Below, piece by piece: positions 54,758-64,000 of a DNA stretch of 64,000 nucleotides. Numbering within the stretch: position 1 is the stretch's first letter; each line of letters opens with the position of its first letter. Origin of the DNA: an uncultured Planctomycetota bacterium (GTDB lineage Bacteria; Planctomycetota; Planctomycetia; Gemmatales; Gemmataceae); contig CAWKHF010000006.1 in NCBI GenBank assembly GCA_963849325.1, forward strand, positions 672,001-736,000, written 5' to 3'. The position numbers and the translations under genes are program-made. The notes under the pieces were generated by a model. The model was not told the origin of the DNA, searched no databases, and saw only the letters and a list, made by a program, of their open reading frames with translations.

Positions 54758-56088
54758 TCCTTACCAAGAAAGCGTTGTCGCGGCGAACCTTTCTACGCGG
54801 GACCGGAACGGCACTGGCATTGCCGCTGCTGGATGCCATGATTCCGAGCATGACCGCGCTGGCGCAAACGCCGGCCGCCCCGGCAGCGTCTGCGCCGCCT
54901 CAGCTACGTCTACATGCCGATGGGCTGCGACGGGTCGCGCTGGACGCCGCCGAGCGGCGAACGCCTCGACGAGTTGAGTTTCACTCTCGCCCCGCTGGCC
55001 TCCGTCAAGCAGCACGTCACGGTCCTCAGCAACCTGGAATTGCGCAACGCCTACCCCGGCACGCACGCGACCTCCAACTCCGCCTTCCTGAGCGCCGCCC
55101 GGGCCAGGCTGACCGAAAGCGCGGACTATTACCTGGGCACCACCGCCGATCAGCTCGCCGCCCGGCAACTCGGCCGGGACACGCCATTGCCGTCGCTCGA
55201 ATTGTCCATGGACCTGATGACGCTCGCCGGCCAGTGCGACAACGGCTACGCCTGCGTCTACCACAACTGCCTCTCGTGGTCCTCGCCGACGACGCCGCTC
55301 CCCAGCGAGGCTCATCCGCGGATCGTGTTCGAGCGGCTCTTCGGCGACGGCGCGACCGCGGCGGAGCGCCGGGCCTCCCTGAAGGGCCGAGCCAGCCTGC
55401 TCGATTCCGTGATGGACGAGTTTGCCCAACTCAACAACCAGCTCGGCCCGGCCGATCGCGCCCGGTTAAGCCAGTATCTGGACTCCATCCGTGAAGTGGA
55501 ACGTCGCATTCAACGCGCGGAAGCCAACGCCGCCGACAACCCCGTCCGGGACGTGGAGCGCCCCGAGGGCGTGCCCGCCTCCTATGCCGACCACGCCCGC
55601 TTGATGTTCGACTTACAGGTCCTGGCCTTCCAGGCCGATGTCACGCGCGTCATCACCTTCCAGCTGGCGCGAAACCAGTAACCGGACCTACCCCGAGATC
55701 GGCGTTTCCGATCCGCATCACCCCCTCACGCATCACGGCAACGACCCTCAGAAGATCGAGAAGGTGGCCCGGATCAATCGCTTCCACGTCTCGCTGTTCG
55801 CGGAGTTCCTCGCGAAATTGCGGGAGACACGGGAAGGCAAGCGGTACGCTCCTGGACCATTCGCTCCTCCTGTACGGCAGCGGCATGGGCAACCCCAACC
55901 GGCACGACCACGACGATCTGCCGATCCTTGTCGCCGGCGGTGCCGCCGGCCGGATGAAGGGCGGCCGGCACATCCGCTTCGCCAAACCGACGCCGTTGGC
56001 CAACCTGCACCTGACGCTGCTCGACAAGGTGGGCGTGCGGCTCGATTCGTTTGGCGACAGCCGGGGGAAGGTGGATCAGTTATTTTAG
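54754..56088 (+). CDS. DUF1552 protein; frameshifts near 54885, 55672 and 55840
   Basis: LSRRTFLRG.G..LALPLLDAM; SLELS; LAFQADVTRV; HHPLTHH; GMGNPNRHDH. Confidence 0.88.
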
Positions 56089-56137
56089 AGCGAACACACG
56101 AACCCCATACGGAAGCGAGGGTGGCCCTTGCCTCGCT

Positions 56138-56254
56138 TAGAGTCGGTCCCCTACGGGTTGTGGCGGCACGTTTTCAACGTGCCGATCTGCTGGATTCTCC
56201 GGCCCTCCGGCACGTTGGAAACGTGCTGTCACGACCCGTAGGGGACCGACTCTA
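56138..56254. repeat. Composite REP-like palindrome
   Basis: TAGAGTCGGTCCCCTACGGGT...ACCCGTAGGGGACCGACTCTA with inner GCACGTT..AACGTGC arms. Confidence 0.8.
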
Positions 56255-56294
56255 CGCATCGGGCTGGTAAGTTCGTTGCGGAGGTGGAAGCGAC

Positions 56295-57800
56295 ATGGTG
56301 TCATCACCGAACACGCGACGGTTCGCAGCGGGACTGGTCGTGCTGTTGCTCGCCAGCGGTTCGGCGCGTGCGCAAGCCATCGCCTCGTTGGCGGACGCCG
56401 CGATGAAGAAGGATCGTGCGAAGGTCGCCGCCCTGCTCAAGCAAGGTGCCGATGTCAACGCCTCCCAGGCGGACGGCATGACGGCCCTGCACTGGGCGAC
56501 TTATCACGAGGATGTGTCGTTAGCGACGCAGCTCCTCAAAGCGGGTGCTCATGCCAGGGCCGCCAATCGCTACGGCGTGACGCCTCTGTCGGTGGCTTGC
56601 ACGAATGGAAACGCCGAAATCGTGGCGTTGCTGCTCGAAGCCGGCGCGGATGCCAACACGACGCAGCGCGGCGGGGAGACGGTCTTGATGACCGCCGCCC
56701 GCACGGGCAAACCGGGACCGGTCAAGGCGCTGCTCCGCCATGGCGCCGAGGTGAATGCCAGGGACCGCAAGGGTCAAACCGCCCTGATGTGGGCTGCGGC
56801 GGAAGGCCACGCGGAGGTGGTGTCGATGTTGCTGGCGGCCAAGGCGGACTTCAAGAGTCCGTTGCCTTCCGGGTTTACGCCTCTGCTTTTTGCCGCCCGC
56901 GAAGGCCACATCGACGTTGTCCGCGTCCTGCTGAAGGCGGGTGCCGACATCAACGATGCGATCCCGGCCAGGAAGGCCGTTCCCCGTGGCCCCAAACCCG
57001 GAACCGGTGCGCTGCTCCTGGCGGTCGAGAACGGGCATTTTGAGCTGGCGATCGAGCTGGTGAAAGCCGGCGCCGATCCGAATGACCAGCGCGCGGGCCA
57101 TGGCGCATTGCACATGATTTCCTGGGTGCGCAAGCCAAGCCGCGGAGACGATGAAGAAGGCGATCCCCCGCCGATCGGCTCGGGCAAGCTCACCAGCCTG
57201 GAATTCGTCAAGGAAATGGTTGCCCACGGTGCCAAGGTGAATCTGCCATCGAAAGCGGGGGTGAGGGGTCGAGGCATCCTGAGCAAGCCCGGCGCGACTC
57301 CCTTTCTGGCGGCGGCTTCCACCGCGGACGTTCCACTCATGGAACTGCTGGTCAAACTGGGTGCCGATCCGCTGCGGGCGAACTCCCAACGCACCAGTCC
57401 CTTGCTGGCCGCGGCCGGCGTCGGCGTCGGTGCGCCCGAGGAAGCGCCCGGCACCGAGCCTGAGGTGTTGGGGTCCGTGAAGTTGCTCGTGAAGCTCGGC
57501 GCGGACGTGAACGCGGTGGACGGCAACGGCGACACCGCGATGCACGGTGCCGCCTACCGGAACCATCCCCAGGTGGTGCAATTACTCGCCGACAAGGGGG
57601 CCAAGATCGCGGTCTGGAACAAGGCAAACCAAGCAGGGTTGACGCCCCTGGTGATTGCCGAGGGCCATCGGCCGGGCCTCAACTTCCGGCCGTCCCCGCA
57701 GACTGTTGCCGCTCTGCATCGCGTGCTGCTCGCGGCCGGCGTGACGCCGCCCAGGAGTTCGCTGCCTCCCCCCAAGTCTACTTACAATGACGGCAAGTAG
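56295..57800 (+). CDS. Secreted ankyrin repeat protein
   Basis: Signal peptide; repeated GxTALHxA/GADVN units. Confidence 0.92.
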   Translation: MVSSPNTRRFAAGLVVLLLASGSARAQAIASLADAAMKKDRAKVAALLKQGADVNASQADGMTALHWATYHEDVSLATQLLKAGAHARAANRYGVTPLSVACTNGNAEIVALLLEAGADANTTQRGGETVLMTAARTGKPGPVKALLRHGAEVNARDRKGQTALMWAAAEGHAEVVSMLLAAKADFKSPLPSGFTPLLFAAREGHIDVVRVLLKAGADINDAIPARKAVPRGPKPGTGALLLAVENGHFELAIELVKAGADPNDQRAGHGALHMISWVRKPSRGDDEEGDPPPIGSGKLTSLEFVKEMVAHGAKVNLPSKAGVRGRGILSKPGATPFLAAASTADVPLMELLVKLGADPLRANSQRTSPLLAAAGVGVGAPEEAPGTEPEVLGSVKLLVKLGADVNAVDGNGDTAMHGAAYRNHPQVVQLLADKGAKIAVWNKANQAGLTPLVIAEGHRPGLNFRPSPQTVAALHRVLLAAGVTPPRSSLPPPKSTYNDGK

Positions 57801-57895
57801 TGCGGGGATGCGAGGTCGTTTCCCCGACGTGCCTCGATCTCCCGTAGTCCCCTGCCGTAGTGCCGGAAGAAAAGGACAACGGACGGCCCACGATC

Positions 57896-60153
57896 CTACT
57901 TCGGCAGCACGGCGACCAGACCGAGCGAGGACGGCGACCCATCGGGCCCCAGGTGCCCGGTCGCGCCGACGAAGAGAGCCCCCTTGCCGCCAATCGAGGA
58001 AGGCCTGCCCCCATTGCCGCCGACCGGCTCGCTGTTGTACGTGTCGCGCAGGTCCAGACCGTTTTTGCCGAGCTTGGCAAAGGTCAAGGTGAGGGCGTCG
58101 AGCGTCAGGGCCGCTCGCACCGAGATGGCACTCACGACGTAGCCGGGCTTGGCCTTGACCGTGACCGGGGCCGCAGGGACCGAACCGTGCCAGGTGCCGA
58201 GCTTCTCGCCGTCTTTCGTCCAGTAGATGGGCCGCAAGGATTTCACGATGTCGTTGGTGGTGAATTTCCCCAGGCCCACCTCGAAGCCGATGAGAACGCC
58301 GCCCTCTTCGCAGACGTCTCGGTAGGTATTCTTGTGCAGGGTGAAGCCGCGGATATCAACGTCCGCGAGCCTCTTGTCGCGGACGGCCTCCGCAACCAAA
58401 GCGAAGACGTCGCCGTTGATCTTCAGCCCGACGGCCGAGCCTTTTGCTTTCCCCCCCGCCGCAGGCGCGCCCGGTGCGGGAGCGGCGGGATTGGCGTCGG
58501 CGATTTCCGGATTCGCCGACGTCCGCCGTAAGGCGACGTTTTTCAGCGTGTAGGCGAGGCGACGGGAAGCGACCACTCCGCTGAGGCTCAGCTGGTCGCC
58601 CTCGAAGCGGTAGAGGAAGACCGCGCCTCTCCCTCCCCGAATGGTGGTGACCAGGAGTCGTTCGCCCCCTTTCTGCTCCAGCGTGAAGGAGTAGTTCAAC
58701 GTCGAAGTGGTGGTCCTGCCGGCTTGTTTGGTAGCGATATCCACCCGGATCCGGCCGCCCCGGCTCCCCGGCTGGGGGCTGATGCTCAGCTTGAGGGTGC
58801 CCATCGCCCCGCCACCGTCGGCATTCACCGGGCCGGTTTGCCAGGTGCCTTTCAGTGCCGCGAGATCTCCCTCCAGACCCGGACCCCGGGCCGGCCCGGC
58901 GGGCGGGTCGTTCCGGGCGAGCGGACCCGGACGCGGGGTCAGATCGAGCGGGCTGCTTTTACTCCGCTCCACGAGTGGCCGGATGAAGTCGCTGGGGACG
59001 GCGAAGTTGATCTGGGTGCCGGAGATGCCGGCTACGGAGACGCCGACGACGGCGCCGCGGGCATCGGTGACGGGTCCGCCCGAATTGCCGGGGTGCATGC
59101 CGCCGTTGACCTGCACCTGTTTGAGCAAGCCGTTGTCTTTCCGCAACGCGCTGATGGCGGACTTGCTGATGGTGATGTTCTTGCCGAGCTGCGCCCCGAA
59201 GGGGAAGCCGAAAATGTAGACGTTCTGCGTTTCCCTCAGCTCGGTGGCGCTGGCGACCGGCATGGGCGGAGGCAAACGAGAGAGGTCTCCCCGCAGGCGC
59301 AGGACCGCCAGATCGTTCTCGCGGTCTATCCCCAGAAGGGTGCCGGCCAGCTTCGCCTCGCCGGCTCTCTCCGCTGTAGATGACGACCTCCACGCCGCGC
59401 GGCGGGTTGTTGGATCGCAGCATCCCCACGACGTGGGCATTGGTGATGACGAGGCCGCGCTCCAAGGCGAAGAAGCCGCTCCCCTGGGCGACATTCCCGC
59501 CGGCCAGGGTGACGCGAAGATAGACGGTGGATTGTTTGACCTTCTTGACGACGTCCGCCGCGATGTCCGCGGGGACCGGGCCGGCCGGGATGGCCGGCTC
59601 GTCCTCCTTCGCCGGCTTGGCGGACGGGTTGGCTGCGGAGCCAGCGGACGGGGCGTTCAAGGGGACGACGGCGGGAACGGCGGGTCCGGGGGCTGGCTCC
59701 GCTCCGCCCCCGGCCGCGACAGGAGGCGGCTCGTTGGCGAGCGCTACCGCCGGGTTTTTGCTTCCCCTCAGACCGACGACGGCAAGGACAACGCCTCCGA
59801 TGACGAGGCCGATCAGTACCAGCGCCGCCGCACCGACACCGAGAAGGATCGGCGCCAGGTTTTTGCCACCCGGCGAATTCCCGTTCTCACGGCGGGATCG
59901 GGGTTTGGCCGGCCGGCGTCGAGGCTCGAACGTCTTCCTCGCGGGAGGCTCGCCCCGCCGCGCTCGCCGGCCGAGTGGATATCGCGGTCCGCTCCTCGGC
60001 TTGCCGGCTGGCTTGCTCGTCGCGGCCCTTCCGAGCCAGGGTGGGGACGTCAATACGCGACTGGCACTCCCGACAAACAACGGTCTTACCCTGCATGGTT
60101 TCCGCGAGATTGTACTGCTTGCGGCAGGACGGACAGATGATACGAATGCTCAT
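57896..60153 (-). CDS. Membrane-anchored trypsin-like serine protease with N-terminal zinc ribbon; frameshifts near 60050 and 59365
   Basis: CPSC...CREC; TM; GSGF, TNAHVV, DLAVL, GNSGGP; two further C-terminal domains. Confidence 0.8.
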
Positions 60154-60432
60154 GGAAGTAGCCTCTGAGGAGCTTGAAGCTAAGCCCGAAACCTACGAGA
60201 CAGCTCCCTCGGCACGGGCTGGGTGTCAAGCGATAAAGAGGGTCATAGTGGATGATGGTAACGTCTCGATCCGAGCGCGACAAGAAGCAATTTTTTTTTC
60301 TCCTCAATTCCTCACTTCTTCTCATTGAGTCCTTGGAGTTCCCCACGAAAAGTGGACGCGAGGTTAACGGTTAGCCGCACGCGCCTCCGCCCGAGCGGCG
60401 AAGTCGGCATCGTGGATCCATTCCTTCCGCTG

Positions 60433-61307
60433 TCATTGCAACGTCATCAAATACGCGAAGAGGTCGTGCAATTCCTTGACGGTCAACTGTTCCGCGAAGT
60501 TCTCCGGCATGAGGGATTTCTTCAGGACGACGACTTCGTCCAGGTCTCGTTTCAACAACGAATGGAACTTGCCGCTTTCTTCGCGCAGTTGAATGCTGAA
60601 ATTCGACTCATTGACGCGCAGCCCGACGATGGTTTGTCCTTTCCGGGTGACCACCTGAACGGACTCGTACTGCGGATCGATGTCTTTGGAGGGTTCCAGG
60701 ATCGATTGCATGATGTACTCGGCTGCGCGGCGGCTGGTGATGCGATCCAGCGATGGCCCGATCCGGCCACCTTCGCCGCCGATGGCGTGACATTTGGCGC
60801 ACTGCGTCTTGCCCTTGGGATCGAAAAAGAGCTGGTGACCGGCTTTGGCGTCGCCGGAGAGGTAGGGCTTCCAGGTCGCTTCGCCGGGCGCCGCGCCAGG
60901 CTGCGGATGTAGAGGATGAGCTTGTGGATCTGCTCTTCCTTGAGGGATTCGCCGAGTTTTTTCATGGTCGTCTTGGGCACGCCGTTGCGGATGACGCGGG
61001 CGATGTCGTCGTCGCTCTCGCCGTGAATCCAGCGGTCGTCGGTCAGGTCTGGTCCCTTGCCGCCTCGGCCGTTGCCGCCGTGACATCCACTGCACAGACC
61101 GCGAAACAGCGCCTGACCTTCCTCCAGGGCCGCTTGTTTCTCCGTTGTCAGCGGGGCAGCGGAGCGGGGGACGTCGGCCGAGGGCGTTTCGCGCTTCTCC
61201 GGCGGCTGACGCCCTCGGCTCACGGCCGCCGCCGCCGCACAACCGAGCAACACCGCTCCAAACACGCCCCAGAAGATGCAGCGCAGGCGCGAGGGAAGCA
61301 CGGTCAT
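60433..61307 (-). CDS. Di-heme c-type cytochrome; frameshift near 60890
   Basis: N-terminal hydrophobic segment; CSGCH..GPDL; CAKCH..IGPSL...SLMP..ELHDLFAYL. Confidence 0.85.
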
Positions 61308-61321
61308 GGGGATGGCCCTTC

Positions 61322-63732
61322 TCACTCGTTCGGGGGGTAGTAGGGAACATGCCAGCGGGCGAAGACCTTGGACAATCGGCCGGATCGCTTTAGCTCCGCC
61401 AACGCCCGATCGATTTCGGCCTTCAAGTCGCCGTCGGACTTGCGCACCGCGACGCAAAGGGGGAAGCGGTCCTTCGAATCCGGGAGGGGGATGAATTGGA
61501 ACTCCCGGGGCCAGCGCTCGGCGGCCAGCCAGGGGCCGCGCGTCGAGATGACGTAGCCCGCCCGGACGCGCTTGTCCCTCACAGCCTGCAAAACCGCTTC
61601 CGGACTGGGATAGCTCTGGGTCTTTCGCCCTTCGAGACCGCGCACCGCGATCCCCGGTTCGACGGCCAGTGGTTCGTCGCCGAGCTGCTCCAACCCCGTA
61701 GGTCCGGCGAGTCGAGCGACACCTGGGGTCCGGCTCGGCTCGTCGGACCTACCGCCGGCCGGCGATCCTCGCCGGCCCGAACCACGAGCTGATAGCCGGC
61801 AATGTGGTACGGCTTGGAGTACAGTACGCGCTGGGCGAAGCGATCATCCGGCGTCACCCCCAGAATCACGTCGCACTGTTTCTTGGTCGCCAACTTGGAA
61901 GGATAGGAATCGTGCGCGGAATAGCCCCAGTACACGCGCAGCGACAGGCCCATTTGCTCGGCGAGCAGGCCGGCGATTTCGTAATCAAGCCCGGCTGCCC
62001 TGGGGTGGGCCGTCGAAAAAGGCAGATTGTTTTGATCCAGGCCCACGACCAGCACGCCCGCCGAACGAACTCTCTCCAGTCCGCCATACGAATGCTTGGA
62101 CCTTTGGACTCGCGCCAACCGCGGCTCCAGGCCCCGATCCCGGACCTTGTGATGGATGACTCCCGCTTCTTCCGTCTTCTCCTCCGCGAAAGCCGGGAAG
62201 TACGGCACGTGATAGCGGCCTAGGGCGCGCGACACCGTGCCATCCTGGACGAGCTTTTCGATGGCCGCATCGATGTGGATCTTGAGTTCGTCCTCGCCCT
62301 CGCGCAGGGCGACAGCGATGTTCCAGTGGTCCTCCGGCACATAATCCTTGGCGATCTCCAGCGCCAGGTCGGGAGACGTGTGCAGCGTCCAACCGACGTT
62401 GGCCCAGAGGTAGGCGTGATCGATGTCGCCGTCGTGGAGGGACTTCAGCACGGCCAGCTGGTTGCGGAACAGTCGGCGTAAGTAGCCCCGTTGCCGCAGT
62501 CGATAATCGGCGACCGAACCCGCCTCGGTGCCGAGTCGGCGGGATTTCTCGCCCTTGAGGTCCGCCAACGATCGCACGTGCGGGCCGTTCCTGCGCTGCA
62601 CCAGCACATAGCCGGTGCCGTAGTAGGGCCGCGAGTAAATCACCTTCCCCGCCAGCTCTTCCTCGTCCTCGACGGCGTTGGGGTCCACGGCCGACCCCAG
62701 CGCCAGGTCGCACTCGCGCTGCACAAGTTTCCCGATCGCCGTCTCGCGCTGCACGTCCAACCATTCGATGCGTAATTGGACGCCCATCTCCCTGGCCAAT
62801 GCGCGGGCGATCTCGACATCAAAACCGGAGCGATCTCCTTTGGCACTGGAGTAGGGCAAATTCGCGGGGTCCATGGCGACCACCATTTTGCCGCGTTCGC
62901 GGATGCGCTGCCAGGTATTCACGCGGGCAGTTCGCCGAGCGCTGTCCGTGAAGGGCGGACGAAACGAGACAGCGTACTCGGCGTAGATTTCACGCAGCTC
63001 GCCGGATTCGGCCAACTGGGCCAACACGCGATTGAGGTCCACCAGCAAGGCCGCGTCCTTGGCCCGCACGAGCAGGGCCAGGTTCCAGTGTTCGCGCGGC
63101 ACGTACTCCCGGACAAGCCGCAAACCCAGTTTCGGCCGGTCGTGCAAATACCAGGCGGCGAAATCGGCGTCCAGGAAGGCGGCGTCCAGCACCTCGGAGC
63201 GGAAGCCGGTCAGAAGGTCTTCGCGCGTCTTGAACGACACGACGGTATGGTTCGTCTCGGAAAGGGCCACGGTGCCGGCCGCCACGCCGATTCGTTTGCC
63301 GCGCAGGTCGGCGAGGGAACGCACTTCGCCGGCGCCGCGAGGGACCACTAGCCCGAACTGGCCGCCGGCATAGGGGACACTCCAGGCCAGATCGCGCGGC
63401 GGACCCGCTTCGTGGGGCTGGCCGACGACAACGTCGCAGCGGCCTTCGCGCAGACAATTGCGCGAGCACGCCGCGCTGCCGCACCAGTGAAATTCGACCT
63501 TGCGGCCGAGAGAACGTCCGAGTCGTTTGGCCAGGGCGGCATCGAGTCCTTCGGGCTGACCCTCCGGTGTCTTCCCGATCCGCGGCATGGAGGCGGGCAC
63601 GGCGCAGAAGATCAGAGGTCTTTCTTCCGCCGCCCTTGAAGATGACAAGGTGACAAGGTGACAAGGTGACAAGGTGAATAAGAGAGCGGTGAGGAAGCGC
63701 ACGGCCCCCGAGAGGGATATTGTCTGTTTCAT
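61322..63732 (-). CDS. Triple-domain substrate-binding protein (family 3, MxaJ/XoxJ-like); frameshift near 61695
   Basis: Three repeats of (D/P)..NLP(Y/F)S..G.D.EIA..LA...CD...S.PY. Confidence 0.75.
61698..61752. repeat. REP-like palindrome within the third binding domain
   Basis: GTAGGTCCGGCGAGTCGAGC / GCTCGGCTCGTCGGACCTAC. Confidence 0.7.
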
Positions 63733-63771
63733 CTTGCACCTTGTCACCCTGTCACCTTGTCACCTTGTCAC
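63643..63771. repeat. Inverted octamer arrays (TGACAAGG)4 / (CCTTGTCA)n
   Basis: Read directly; one arm lies in the binding-protein signal peptide, the other overlaps the dehydrogenase stop. Confidence 0.9.
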
Positions 63772-64000
63772 GAGGGAGGTAGGGCGAACACGAACAGCGT
63801 GTTACCGCGGCGGGCGTTGCGCAGCCAGGGAGCGCCATCGCCGGCGAAGCCGGCCGTCCATCCACCCCAGCCCACGCACACGGCGATGTACTGCCGGCCG
63901 TCGAGGGTGTACGTAATGGGCGAGGCATGGTGTCCCGAGCCGCACTGGAAGCTCCACAGGGTCTTGCCCGTATCGGCGTCGTAGGCGGTGAAGAACCCTT
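63768..64000 (-). CDS. C-terminus of a PQQ-dependent alcohol dehydrogenase (methanol/ethanol family)
   Basis: Manual translation: GFFTAYDADTGKTLWSFQCGSGHHASPITYTLDGRQYIAVCVGWGG...GNTLFVFALPPS*. Confidence 0.85.
   Translation of the reverse strand, partial: GFFTAYDADTGKTLWSFQCGSGHHASPITYTLDGRQYIAVCVGWGGWTAGFAGDGAPWLRNARRGNTLFVFALPPS

Overview
GC-rich bacterial DNA that looks planctomycete (Gemmataceae-like), inferred from DUF1501, DUF1549/1553, DUF1552, DUF1559 and DUF1592-type genes and ECF-kinase pairs. Many genes carry 1-bp frameshifts, most likely long-read indel errors, so split ORFs are joined below. 1-21.2 kb is mostly housekeeping: yidD, rnpA, a DnaJ-class chaperone, an aminotransferase, a hybrid PAS histidine kinase, a site-2 protease, an FlgI-like lipoprotein and smc, plus a damaged diadenylate-cyclase-family gene. 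After smc comes an accessory region: a type II restriction-modification pair, an ATPase-nuclease, DUF1501 modules, and the most notable locus (31.4-44.9 kb). That locus has three tandem ECF sigma + membrane Ser/Thr kinase cassettes with a shared upstream motif, mosaic conserved parts and divergent periplasmic domains. It is followed by a GT-C-like protein, a DUF1559 pilin-like protein and a kinase-less copy of the sensor domain. The right end holds a PQQ dehydrogenase / triple binding-protein / di-heme cytochrome operon. Several palindromic repeat families occur throughout, some in-frame inside proteins or supplying stop codons, and one copy is interrupted by a 198-bp MITE. No rRNA, tRNA or CRISPR array was seen.
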